DNA of 41,691 nt from Octopus bimaculoides (taxonomy: Eukaryota), in assembly GCF_001194135.2 (NCBI RefSeq), contig NC_068987.1, positions 28,362,521 to 28,404,211 of the forward strand, in the 5' to 3' direction. Position numbers and translations under genes: made by a program. Shown here piece after piece: positions 12,726 to 23,810 of this stretch. Position 1 is the first letter of the stretch. Every line of letters starts with the position of its first letter. The notes beneath the pieces were generated by a model. That model did no database searches. It was not told the origin of the DNA and was given only the letters and a program-made list of their open reading frames with translations.

Positions 12726-13629
12726 TATATACGACGAACTTCTTTCAGTATCCGTCGACCAAATCCACTCTTATGGCTTAGGTCAGACCGAGGCTATAGT
12801 AGAGGACATTTGGCGAAGGTGTCACGGTGATGGACTGAAACCCGAACCATGTGGTTGGGAAGCTTCTTACCAGACAGCCACGCCTGCGCCTACTTATCTT
12901 CACAGATAATGAAAACAGCTTATAATGAAGGGCAACATCCGTACAAACTCATTATCATAACTAGTGGGTCCCAAATCATTGGATCAATATTAACAGCCGG
13001 TCATTGTTGTGGAAAAGATATCGGCCAAGAGTGATGACAATAAACCGCTTCCAGTGCATTTGCGTGTATGAATGCTAATGAATATAACCTTGTGTCCTGC
13101 AGTGTCCTTTTACGTTGAAAAGAGAAGTTAGCATTTCTCTGAATACAGATCAATGACAGAAATAATAGATTGAAAAAGAGCAGTTGTGTCTATGATTGAC
13201 AAAAACACTTGATAGTGATGTCCTCGTAATGTCGCAGTCTAATAACTGAAACTAGCAATGAAAAAAAAAAAAAAAGAAAAAAGGTTAGATTTATAAGCTG
13301 CCGAAATCGAAAGTAGCGTATAATAATATTTTCATAGATATCATCATAAATGATATGAAAGAGAATTTGATTTAGAAATTACTGAAATTAATAATATATG
13401 CATTAGATATGTAGCTTTTATAATTCTGCGTGTTATTGCCGTTTTGCTTCAGGTCAGCGCTGAGCGAACAAACCAATGATTAATGGGTTAGAACACACGG
13501 GACCACATTTTCTAATGTGTCTCGTTATACAGTAATTTGTATGGTGTAACGAGCATGTGAAAACACTATGTCGACGCTCGTTTTTAGCATGCCTTGTACA
13601 ATATATACGGATGTAAATATATATTCTTT

Positions 13630-13957
13630 TATTCTTTTCTTCTAATTGTTTCAGTCATTTGACTGCGGCCATGTTGGAGCACCGCCTTAAGTCGAACAAG
13701 TCGACCCCAGGACTTATTTTTTTGTAAGCCTAGTACTTAATCTCTCGGTCTTTTTTTTACGTAACCGATAAGTTACTGGGACATAAACACACCAACGTCG
13801 GTTGTTAAGCAATGGTGGTCGAACAAACACAGACGCAAAAATACACACGCACGCATACGTACCACACACATATATGTATACGACGTGCTTCTTTCAGTTT
13901 CCATCTATCAAATCAGCTCACAAGGATATAGTAGAAGACACATGCTCAAGGTGTCAC
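13630..13957 (-). mobile_element. SINE family B, lacking the tRNA head
   Basis: tttcagtcatttgactgcggccatgttggagcaccgcc...gtaaccgataagttactggg...tacgacgtgcttctttcagtttcc...tagtagaagacacatgctcaaggtgtcac. Confidence 0.92.
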
Positions 13958-16045
13958 ATAAAATTATGTTTGTATGCATATACATATTACACATATGCAT
14001 AAATANNNNNNNNNNNNNNNNNNNNNNNNNNNNNNNNNNNNNNNNNNNNNNNNNNNNNNNNNNNNNNNNNNNNNNNNNNNNNNNNNNNNNNNNNNNNNNN
14101 NNNNNNNNNNNNNNNNNNNNNNNNNNNNNNNNNNNNNNNNNNNNNNNNTATATATATATATATATATATATGTATAAAAGTATATAAGTATATAAGCAAA
14201 AATATAACAAAAGCTGTTACTGGTGCTTTTAAATAAAGCATATTACTCTACCTCTGGTATTTGAGTACTTTTCATTCCACCTTGTTTCACATTTATGTGC
14301 TTACTCCGAATCATGAAAGGAAGTTAAGCATCCCTTTTGCATTATCTCTTTTAATGTGTATTGCATTTAGGAAGAATATGTGTATATGTGTGAATGAATG
14401 ATATATGTTTCGTGCCGGTTGTAACATAGAATGCTACAGACAGATACTATTGATATTACTGCAGCGTACAGTAACAGATATATCATTCTCTTTGTCATCA
14501 CAACCCAATGGCTGAGCTAGTATTTAGCATGTATTGTACAATGTTAGAGCATGGCATGCTGGCAGAAATCACCGTTAGATGAAATCTACTCCATGTTAGC
14601 ACTGCAATTTAAAGATTTTAGCTCCTAAAAATAAAACGGTTTCAAGGAAATGATAAGGTACGTAGAAGGTGTTACGAGAATGAAAACAGAAATAGAAAAT
14701 GACACATTTCATGTGTTAAAATTCTTCTTTTAATTTGCCATTGCAACCATAATAGATTATTATTAATTTAAAATTTTGCCTAAGAATCACGTCCATCAAA
14801 ATAATTACCATAAACTCTTTAATACAACCAAATAAAATTTCATATTGTATTATATCTATTTTTACCCATACACTTTCTAATACAATCTAACTTAATTCAA
14901 TACTACTACAACAAAATCCATTTACTAATAACTACAATTGTACGGATTCTTACTATTTATCGTTCTTTAGATTACAAGACTGAAACTAAATATATAGTTT
15001 GGTTGTACATCATAAAAACAGCAATCCATGTAAGGCAAAAATCGGATTTGTTTGAAATCCATTTATGTTTCTTCTACCATTGACGTGGATTGATGCATAA
15101 CCTGTGAATAAATTTTTGCTGACTGAAAGAATGCAGAAATTCGTCATATATTCTTTTGTGTTTATCAGTGTGTATTTTTATCTCTATTTATGTTGTGTCT
15201 TTATGTTCCATAACTATATTGATCAATCATATAATATATAATCAACTAAAAACGTTCAAGGCAGCGCTCCAGTATGGCCATATTCTTATGAATGAAACAA
15301 GAAAAATATTAAAATAACAAAAGCATTTGTATGTACGTATGTACGTACGCACAGCAATTGATAAGGGAGAGAAATGATGTGACAGAAACACGTGTATGTA
15401 GTTAGTTATACAATTATGTGAATTGAGAGGTGTGGATATGTGTCGATAAATAATCATTTGTCATATAAATATGGCAAGAAGCCATAGTCATTCTCACCTG
15501 TTGTGAGAAAAATAGCATAAAAGCAGTGAACGATATCAATGAACATAACGAGCTAACGGAACGCCGGAAATCAGTTCAGCTATCTAGGTTAGAGTGGCTG
15601 TTATCATAAAACCACTTCAACAAGCATCTTACCATATGTTTATAGAAAGGAACAAATAGCCTAAATGCATACTAGAATATTTATTGCTACTAGAATAACA
15701 CTGTGTACATAGACAAAACAACAGGGGTCGCTCTACGAGATTGTTCGATCAATTAGAAATTGCAACTAAATTCTTCAAATCACTGCCTATTGCCTTTAAA
15801 AAGAAATATCATGCTGGATAAATGGGCTGTGTCTGAAAAATTGAAGAGCTAATGGTCGCTGATGGGACGTCTTTAAACATTTTTTTTATTCTAGTAACGG
15901 CTGCATTATCTACGTTGTCTATATACGTAGACAATGGAGGAGGATAATTTTGAATGCAATCTCTTATGTTATTTATTGTAACACAAACACACACATATGC
16001 AATTTAGCTACCAATTGCCTCTTTCCTTACCATGTGGCCACTTCA

Positions 16046-16046
<1 letters not shown>

Positions 16047-16083
<37 letters not shown>

Positions 16084-16141
16084 ACCTCCTTCCCTTTTGG
16101 TCTGTTTCTCTCTCTCTCTCACACACACACAAACACACACA

Positions 16142-16205
<64 letters not shown>
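16047..16205. repeat. (CT)n, (CA)n and (TCTA)n compound microsatellite
   Basis: Directly visible. Source of the SL/IYLS-repeat ORFs. Confidence 0.95.
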
Positions 16206-16555
16206 GCATCTCCCCATCACTCTATCTTTATATCTTTCCGCTTACTTTCCTGAGGTTTTCTCTATCTCTCTTCTGTCTTATCACATTCTTTCTGTATCAA
16301 ACTTTCTAACATTTTCTCTTTATAGATTCCTCTATCGGCCTAAATTTCTATTCTTTTCACTGTGATACCTGTCCTTCTAATGTTCCTTACATCTATCTAC
16401 CTACCGTTGTCTCTATCCGTTTTAATTGTCACTGTGAAAGCTATTTCTCAGTTTCGATTTCTTTCTCTAGACACACCATTTATAGACACTCGCTATATCT
16501 CGTGCAAGTTATTGTATATAATTCATAGCTTCAAATAAAATATATAGATATATAT

Positions 16556-16956
16556 CTTTTCATTGTTTCAAGCATTGGACAGCGGCCATACTGGATCAAG
16601 GCCTCAAAAGGTTTTGTCGACAAAGCAACCCCAGTACTTATATGTTTTAATTCTAGTATTTACACAATCTGGTGTTATTTGTCGAAACGCTAGGCTACAC
16701 GGTCGTAATGAAACACCAGAGGTAGGCGGGAGATGATGATGGGTAAGACATACACAAAGTCACACACACGCAAAAACACAGTTTCTTTCGGTTTCCGTCT
16801 ACCAAATCAGATTCCGTCTCCTAAATCACTCCCATAGCCTTGCTCAGCCCAATGCTTTAGTAGAAGACTTTTGACCGAGATGACGTGTAGTGGAACTGAA
16901 CGCAGAACCATGTGGTAGGGAAACAAACATCATATTGCACACCTACACCAGCACCT
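16556..16956 (-). mobile_element. SINE family B, diverged full-length copy
   Basis: gtttcaagcattggacagcggccatactgg ... tttccgtctaccaaatc ... tagtagaagacttttg ... ggaactgaacgcagaaccatgtgg ... gcacct, collinear with the other B copies. Confidence 0.85.
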
Positions 16957-17562
16957 ATTCCGTATATAAATACCTACATGCATACCAAATATATATATAT
17001 ATATATATAACGTGAGAGAGTTAGGGGTTGGGGGTACAACCCACTAAGGGATAGTATCTATCCAGTATACTGCTGGGTTCAGCATATTATCCTCCATTTT
17101 CTAATTGTTATATATATATATATATATATATATNNNNNNNNNNNNNNNNNNNNNNNNNNNNNNNNNNNNNNNNNNNNNNNNNNNNNNNNNNNNNNNNNNN
17201 NNNNNNNNNNNNNNNNNNNNNNNNNNNNNNNNNNNNNNNNNNNNNNNNNNNNNNNNNNNNNNNNNNNNNNNNNNNNNNNNNNNNNNNNNNNNNNNNNNNN
17301 NNNNNNNNNNNNNNNNNNNNNNNNNNNNNNNNNNNNNNNNNNNNNNNNNNNNNNNNNNNNNNNNNNNNNNNNNNNNNNNNNNNNNNNNNNNNNNNNNNNN
17401 NNNNNNNNNNNNNNNNNNNNNNNNNNCACTCACACACATATCAGCTAGAATCTATTGGAACTAAAGTCTATTAACTGACCCGATGAGATAATTATGTATA
17501 TACACAAACATATATGTGTGTGCGTGCGTGTGTGTATGTGTGTGTGTGCGTGTGTGTGTGTC

Positions 17563-17595
<33 letters not shown>

Positions 17596-18121
17596 CTGTG
17601 TCTGTGCCTGTGTGTTTAAGTTCATGTATATAGGTCGAGATCGGTGTGTCATCTTCAGTCTCTTTCTGTCAAACATTTCACTTAGCGGTAGTGATTGACA
17701 TAACAATTTCCAGTCTGAAATAAGTGGTTGGTATTGTCGTTCAGTACTTTTGATCACTCTTCCAGCAGCCTAGTGACTTAAACCAATAAAAATAAAGTTA
17801 AATGTCCGAAGGTTTATTCTTCCTATCAGAACAAATAACAAGAAATATAAGCGACATCAAGTGGCATACTTTGAATGAACATAAGTGAAAATAGAGAATA
17901 ACCATTCTAACATGAAAAAGAAAAATGATATGTAGTAAATAAATAAATACATAAATAAACAGATAAAAAACGTTAAAAGAAAAAGTCGAAAACAGATACA
18001 GAAAAAATAATTATTTAGAAAAGCGTAAAGGAACGGGATGAAGACGACCAAAGAGAAACGTACACGGACCTGTTAGAAACCTATCGGTCATGCGTGAAAG
18101 AAAACTGAGTTATTGCTATTA

Positions 18122-18230
18122 TTTAACCCAAGGTCATCAGTGATGAATAAGATCTATGATAAAAGGTGTTCTAGCCGTGTCCATTCCACCTGTTTATGAC
18201 ATATCTTAAAACTACATTATCTAATGTTGG
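18122..18230 (+). mobile_element. Old interspersed repeat family C, copy 1
   Basis: ctagccgtgtccattc and atatcttaaaactacattatctaatg match tcgtgaccatc and atatctaaaactacattgtcca at 18966-19008. Confidence 0.55.
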
Positions 18231-18427
18231 AGACGAATACTATCAGGTTGAATGATCAGTAAGAGGATCCATCATGTGAGAGAAATTGTTAAAAGATATT
18301 TTAAAGAAGGGAGGTGTCAGTGGAATGGAAAGATGGATGTGTGGTATGAGGAACAAGGTAAAATGAAGCAGAGATGAAATGAAAAGGAAGCAAGATAGAA
18401 AATTAGTATTGCTGAATACATAGTTGT

Positions 18428-18545
18428 TGTCTCGGTACAGACTGACCAGACGTATGGTCAGTCTCTACAGCCGTGACCATCCAGTGAATTCAGACTCAAT
18501 ACAAGGAACGCATGTATTCCAATGTTGCCTTCGTTTCTAAATCGA
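18428..18545 (+). mobile_element. Old interspersed repeat family C, copy 2 (diverged)
   Basis: cagccgtgaccatcc at 18468-18482 and a downstream tattccaatgttgcctt correspond to the motifs of copies 1 and 3. Confidence 0.4.
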
Positions 18546-18561
18546 TACTACCTTATATCTT

Positions 18562-18884
18562 TTCTTTTATCTTCTATCTTGTTTCAGACACTTGACTGTG
18601 GCCCTACTAGAGCACCGTCTTGAAGGGATTTTTTAATCGACCAAATCAATCCTAGGAAATTGTTTAAAAGTCTAGTACTTATTCTATCGGTCTCTTTTGT
18701 CGAACCGCAATATTATGAAGATGTAAACAAACCAATACCGGTTGTGAAGCAGTGGTGGGGGACAAACACTGAGACAATGCCACTCACATAGGTACATACA
18801 TATATACATATATATAATTTCCGTCTACCAAATCTCCTCACTAGGATTTGCACAGCCCGAGGTTATAGCAGAAGACACTTGCTC
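18562..18884 (-). mobile_element. SINE family B, headless diverged copy
   Basis: tgtttcagacacttgactgtggcc...agtacttattctatcggtctcttttgtcgaaccgc...ggggacaaac...tttccgtctaccaaatc...cccgaggttatagcagaagacacttgc. Confidence 0.9.
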
Positions 18885-18919
18885 TGTGTTAACATCATGG
18901 AAATTTGTTGTTTTATATT

Positions 18920-19080
18920 CGCTTCAGACTTAATTGAATAAATCCATGTTACAAAAACATTTCAGTCGTGACCATCTTGTCTTACAATATCTAAAACTAC
19001 ATTGTCCAAAACATTCTTACAATTTTTAAAAAGTGATAACGTTAGGCCTAACGGAACTTGTCTGCTATTTCTCGCAAATT
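18920..19080 (+). mobile_element. Old interspersed repeat family C, copy 3
   Basis: ttcagtcgtgaccatcttgtc...atatctaaaactacattgtcca shared with copy 1. Confidence 0.55.
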
Positions 19081-21099
19081 AAATACCCAACTCAACACTC
19101 GTACGTTAGCTTGTACAAGTTGTGTTAAATATACTTGTACTCCTGCTGTATGAAACGATACGTTGTGTATAAGCCGCGGCTCTTAAAGGTTTGAATAGAT
19201 CGTATGGAGTGAGTGCAGCGTTGTTAGAAAGGATACGAACATAAATTTAACCAATACACTATTATGCTAGCAAGTTAGCAAGCTGCATAATGCACTGAAA
19301 GATGCTAAGAAAAGACAAATAATTTTAAAACATCAATCAATAAATAAAGATAAAAGAGAAATAAAAGGAAAATAAAAAGAAGAAAGAAAACATGAAATAT
19401 CAGAGACAACTAATGCTGAAACGGAGAGAAACAAAGAAGGAACAGAAAGGAAAATTTACTAGGTTAGAGAAAGATTACATGTATATATAAATCTCTGTGA
19501 TAGAAAATGTTATATATATATATATNNNNNNNNNNNNNNNNNNNNNNNNNNNNNNNNNNNNNNNNNNNNNNNNNNNNNNNNNNNNNNNNNNNNNNNNNNN
19601 NNNNNNNNNNNNNNNNNNNNNNNNNNNNNNNNNNNNNNNNNNNNNNNNNNNNNNNNNNNNNNNNNNNNNNNNNNNNNNNNNNNNNNNNNNNNNNNNNNNN
19701 NNNNNNNNNNNNNNNNNNNNNNNNNNNNNNNNNNNNNNNNNNNNNNNNNNNNNNNNNNNNNNNNNNNNNNNNNNNNNNNNNNNNNNNNNNNNNNNNNNNN
19801 NNNNNNNNNNNNNNNNNNNNNNNNNNNNNNNNNNNNNNNNNNNNNNNNNNNNNNNNNNNNNNNNNNNNNNNNNNNNNNNNNNNNNNNNNNNNNNNNNNNN
19901 NNNNNNNNNNNNNNNNNNNNNNNNNNNNNNNNNNNNNNNNNNNNNNNNNNNNNNNNNNNNNNNNNNNNNNNNNNNNNNNNNNNNNNNNNNNNNNNNNNNN
20001 NNNNNNNNNNNNNNNNNNNNNNNNNNNNNNNNNNNNNNNNNNNNNNNNNNNNNNNNNNNNNNNNNNNNNNNNNNNNNNNNNNNNNNNNNNNNNNNNNNNN
20101 NNNNNNNNNNNNNNNNNNNNNNNNNNNNNNNNNNNNNNNNNNNNNNNNNNNNNNNNNNNNNNNNNNNNNNNNNNNNNNNNNNNNNNNNNNNNNNNNNNNN
20201 NNNNNNNNNNNNNNNNNNNNNNNNNNNNNNNNNNNNNNNNNNNNNNNNNNNNNNNNNNNNNNNNNNNNNNNNNNNNNNNNNNNNNNNNNNNNNNNNNNNN
20301 NNNNNNNNNNNNNNNNNNNNNNNNNNNNNNNNNNNNNNNNNNNNNNNNNNNNNNNGCCGCCGCCACCACCAACACCGCCACCACCACTACCACCACCACC
20401 ATTATTGCTCTAAAATTAATAATAACTATTATTGTCGTTGGTGTTGTTGTTTATTATAGTAATAAGTTAGACACGAGTGCTGTGCAAATGTCTAAAGACA
20501 TTTGCAATGCCAATAAGTCATTTACCTATTCTTAATCTAGCCAGAAACCAGGTGAGATGATTGACTCCTTTGTTTCTTACCCGCTTGGGGGCTAAAAAAA
20601 TCCGGACATAACCTGTAAATGTTTGTCTTCGCTAAACATTACTTTAAATGGCAGCGTCTTTAATAGCCAGCCAACTGGAGTGTAAAGTGGCTGGGCGTTA
20701 GTGGAACCAACTTCTGAATATCTCCCGTTTAGCTAACCATGAAAGAGGATTTCTTCTCTACTCCATACCCTAAGGAGAGCGGTGGCTGCAGCAGCAACAA
20801 ATATGTAGTGACTACAACAACATTAAAAACAGCCACTATACAAAGAGACGCAAAGAGACTAACAGCAACCGTCACACCTTGCCTGTACCACGGATCTTAA
20901 AAACAAGATAACCAGCAACATCAACTAAAATAGCATTAGTGATAATAACACGAGAAAAACAGTAACACCATCAACAAGTCCAGTACTGTTGTTAGTGATA
21001 ATAACGTTAACATAAATAAGAGTAGACAAAGTAGTGTGTGATGACAAGAAAAGCGCTGCCATTGCCACCACAGCTATAACAAGCAAGAATGAAAAGAAT

Positions 21100-21500
21100 C
21101 GTTTGTCTGGCGCATTATACGGCAGTTTGTCTCTTTGACAGCGCTACGGTCCTGGCTCAATCGAAGACCGATACAGATCATTTAGCATAAAGAATGTCAT
21201 CAATAGCTCACGGCTCTTTACCTGTCAGGCAATGAAGTATATGGAAGTTTTAAGTTCGTGTTTTGTAGAATATCAGTAATGGGTAAAAATTAGATCGTTC
21301 TCAAGGAAACTGCGCATTGATAAAAATGAAATGGCTGATCTGTTCCAAAGGATTTCCTACTTGAAGCCTCAAAATACCTGGTCTGGTGATGTAATAAGGA
21401 ACATTGCCAGCTCAGAATAATGCTGTAAATATGGAAGTGCCATCATCCAAACTAGTTCTAGATATCCGAAGAGTTGCTAATGAGTACTGGACACAGTCTT
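21100..21500 (+). mobile_element. Possible heavily decayed RTE-clade LINE fragment
   Basis: RRVANEYWTQS at 21467-21499 resembles the RRCANEYW motif I recall from the RTE endonuclease-RT linker, and TDTDH about 290 nt upstream resembles the APE C-terminal DCDTDH. Downstream sequence does not continue the match. Confidence 0.3.
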
Positions 21501-22392
21501 CCACTAACCGGGTACTGTTGACTTGTAAAGTGATCTGAAAACTTGAACGATTAACATATACCCCTAATCAGCTGAGTCCTTTGTGTGGAAGCAATTATAG
21601 TTCTGTTGATGAGCATAGCAAAAAAGAATATATATCATAAGCGCGACTTAAAAAGCTTGAAGGCAGACATTTTCCTCCTTGGCTAAACCCTTATCAACTT
21701 CAAGCTTTGCTCGAAAAGCAAAACGACGGCAAAAGTGGTAAATGTTGCTTCCAAGCAAATATGTTACAAGGTGACTAAGAGTGACTAAGGTGACTAAGCA
21801 TGGGCTCTCAGGTCGGAGAAGGTCAACGGAAGGGTGTGATTACCTTAGAGACCAAACTAAACTTTATTTTACTTAGGTTTTCGAGGTCACACCGGGCAAT
21901 TTTCAGGATTTTTTCCTTTGGATGTTCTCCTTTCTTTTTATTTATTTATTTATTTATTTATTTTTTTTGCCTCTTTTGGTATTTCAAATGTTCCCACATT
22001 CATATGTATACGTACCGAGACAAAGTCATATTTAGATAGAAAGAAAGGCGGACTGACCGAGAGAGAAAGAGAGACCATTTAAACACACAGACAGACAAAA
22101 AGACAGCTAGAAAGAAAGAAAGAAAAAAAGATAGATAGATAGATCAATTAATAGATACGATTTTCAAACCCAAATCGAAATCGAGATCTCATCACCGAAA
22201 TGTTTATTTCATAGATTTCAATATCATTATCGCTGAGATCTAATAACGAGTCACATAATAATCACTGAATTCATAATAATTATAAATAAAATAAACAACT
22301 CTAATACACATATATTTATTCAAAAGCGCCACGTACAGACATATACGCACATAGATACACACACGCACGCACCCATAAATATATCCTCTCTA

Positions 22393-22438
<46 letters not shown>

Positions 22439-22796
22439 GCACACATGCACACATACTCACACAGACAAAGTAGCAGAAAAAACAATATTGGCTATAATCT
22501 CTGTGCCACCGGCAATACAGGTCTGATATAAATTGAGTGTAGTGGTTAATATTTTAAGGAAAGCTAAAGGTAATTGCTACAGAAGGTATAAATAGAGAAA
22601 ATACATTTTACATATTACAAATCAAACAACTATCTTTTTAATGCAGAGCTAATACAATGAGTGCATAATCATATTCGCATACACACATAAGCACAAACAC
22701 ACACACACGTATATATATAAACATATTATACATACATTTATATACTTGACTATACGTACATGAATATATANNNNNNNNNNNNNNNNNNNNNNNNNN

Positions 22797-22835
<39 letters not shown>

Positions 22836-23659
22836 GTATGTATATATATATGTATGTATCCCGACGGCTATATCTCATGTGTAGACTTCAGTCTTTTTTC
22901 TTTTTTGTGTGTGTGTGTGTGTTACTAATTTCGCATATATTATGTCTGTATACTTTATGTATATACATATATGGAATATTCTTGCACAAAGCTCAACACT
23001 ATTCGTCTAATCTTGGCATTTATTTACTAAGAGTGGTCTACTAACAGAACATATATATATATGTATATATGTGAGTATGTGTGTGTGTGTGTATTGGTAT
23101 AAACATATGTGAGTCTATGTCAGTGTGATGATGATGGTGAGGGGTATGTGTGTGTGTGTGTGTGTGTGTGTGTATGAGTGTACGCGCGTGTGTAGCGTGT
23201 GTTGACTAATGGAATTGTAGACTTCATTAGACAGAGGCGAGTAGAATGTGTGAGTGGTAAGACAAAATATATCATGCAATCACTTACACACTACTATCAT
23301 CAGCCAAGTTTATAATTAATTATTATGTTATTAATACGATAACTTTGCAGCGAGGTTTTCCAGCTATGTTTATGTTTACACGCTGACAAACACACACACA
23401 CATAGTCGTGAGAATGTGGGTGTAAAAATTTGTTACATGTCTAGCTACTCCCGTTTTAATGTTGTTTTCTTTTTTTTGGTATCATTTTTATTTTTTATTC
23501 TGCATTTTTACATTTACAGACACTGTAGACATTTTCCTGTATACACACACTCACACACACACGCTGCCACACATATACAAACATACACACACATACACAT
23601 GCACAAATACATATAAATAGTTGAAGACACTTGTTTAAATCTAAAAACATAGATAAATA

Positions 23660-23719
23660 GACAGACAGACAGGCAGATAGACAGACAGACATACAGATAG
23701 AGAGATAGATAGATAGATC

Positions 23720-23792
<73 letters not shown>

Positions 23793-23810
23793 GTAGATAG
23801 ATAGATAGAT
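23660..23810. repeat. (GACA)n/(GATA)n microsatellite
   Basis: Directly visible long GATA run. Confidence 0.95.

Larger units (their letters stand above)
11206..12891 (-). mobile_element. tRNA-derived SINE family B, full-length but split by a mariner insertion (segments 11206-11449 and 12728-12891)
   Basis: The left segment (ttcagttaatagactgcggccatgctgg...gaaccgctaagttacgggg...ggacaaac) and right segment (tacgacgaacttctttcagt...gaggctatagtagagg...aaccatgtggttggg...cctgcgcct) rejoin into a sequence collinear with the copy at 13630-13957. tRNA-like head on the minus strand at the right end. Confidence 0.9.

Noticed and set aside
14200-14310. Block next to a gap that resembles a repeat end I recall from octopus DNA
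   Set aside because: No second copy or diagnostic structure in this window, so it cannot be supported from the sequence.
17045-17098. GGAGGA-taat-ATG Shine-Dalgarno-like start on the minus strand
   Set aside because: It opens only a 13-codon frame in clearly eukaryotic repeat DNA, and there is no sign of bacterial contamination.
17670-18075. Weak minus-strand candidate exons near 17680-17713 and 18000-18070
   Set aside because: Splice signals are marginal and no chain of exons gives a credible protein.
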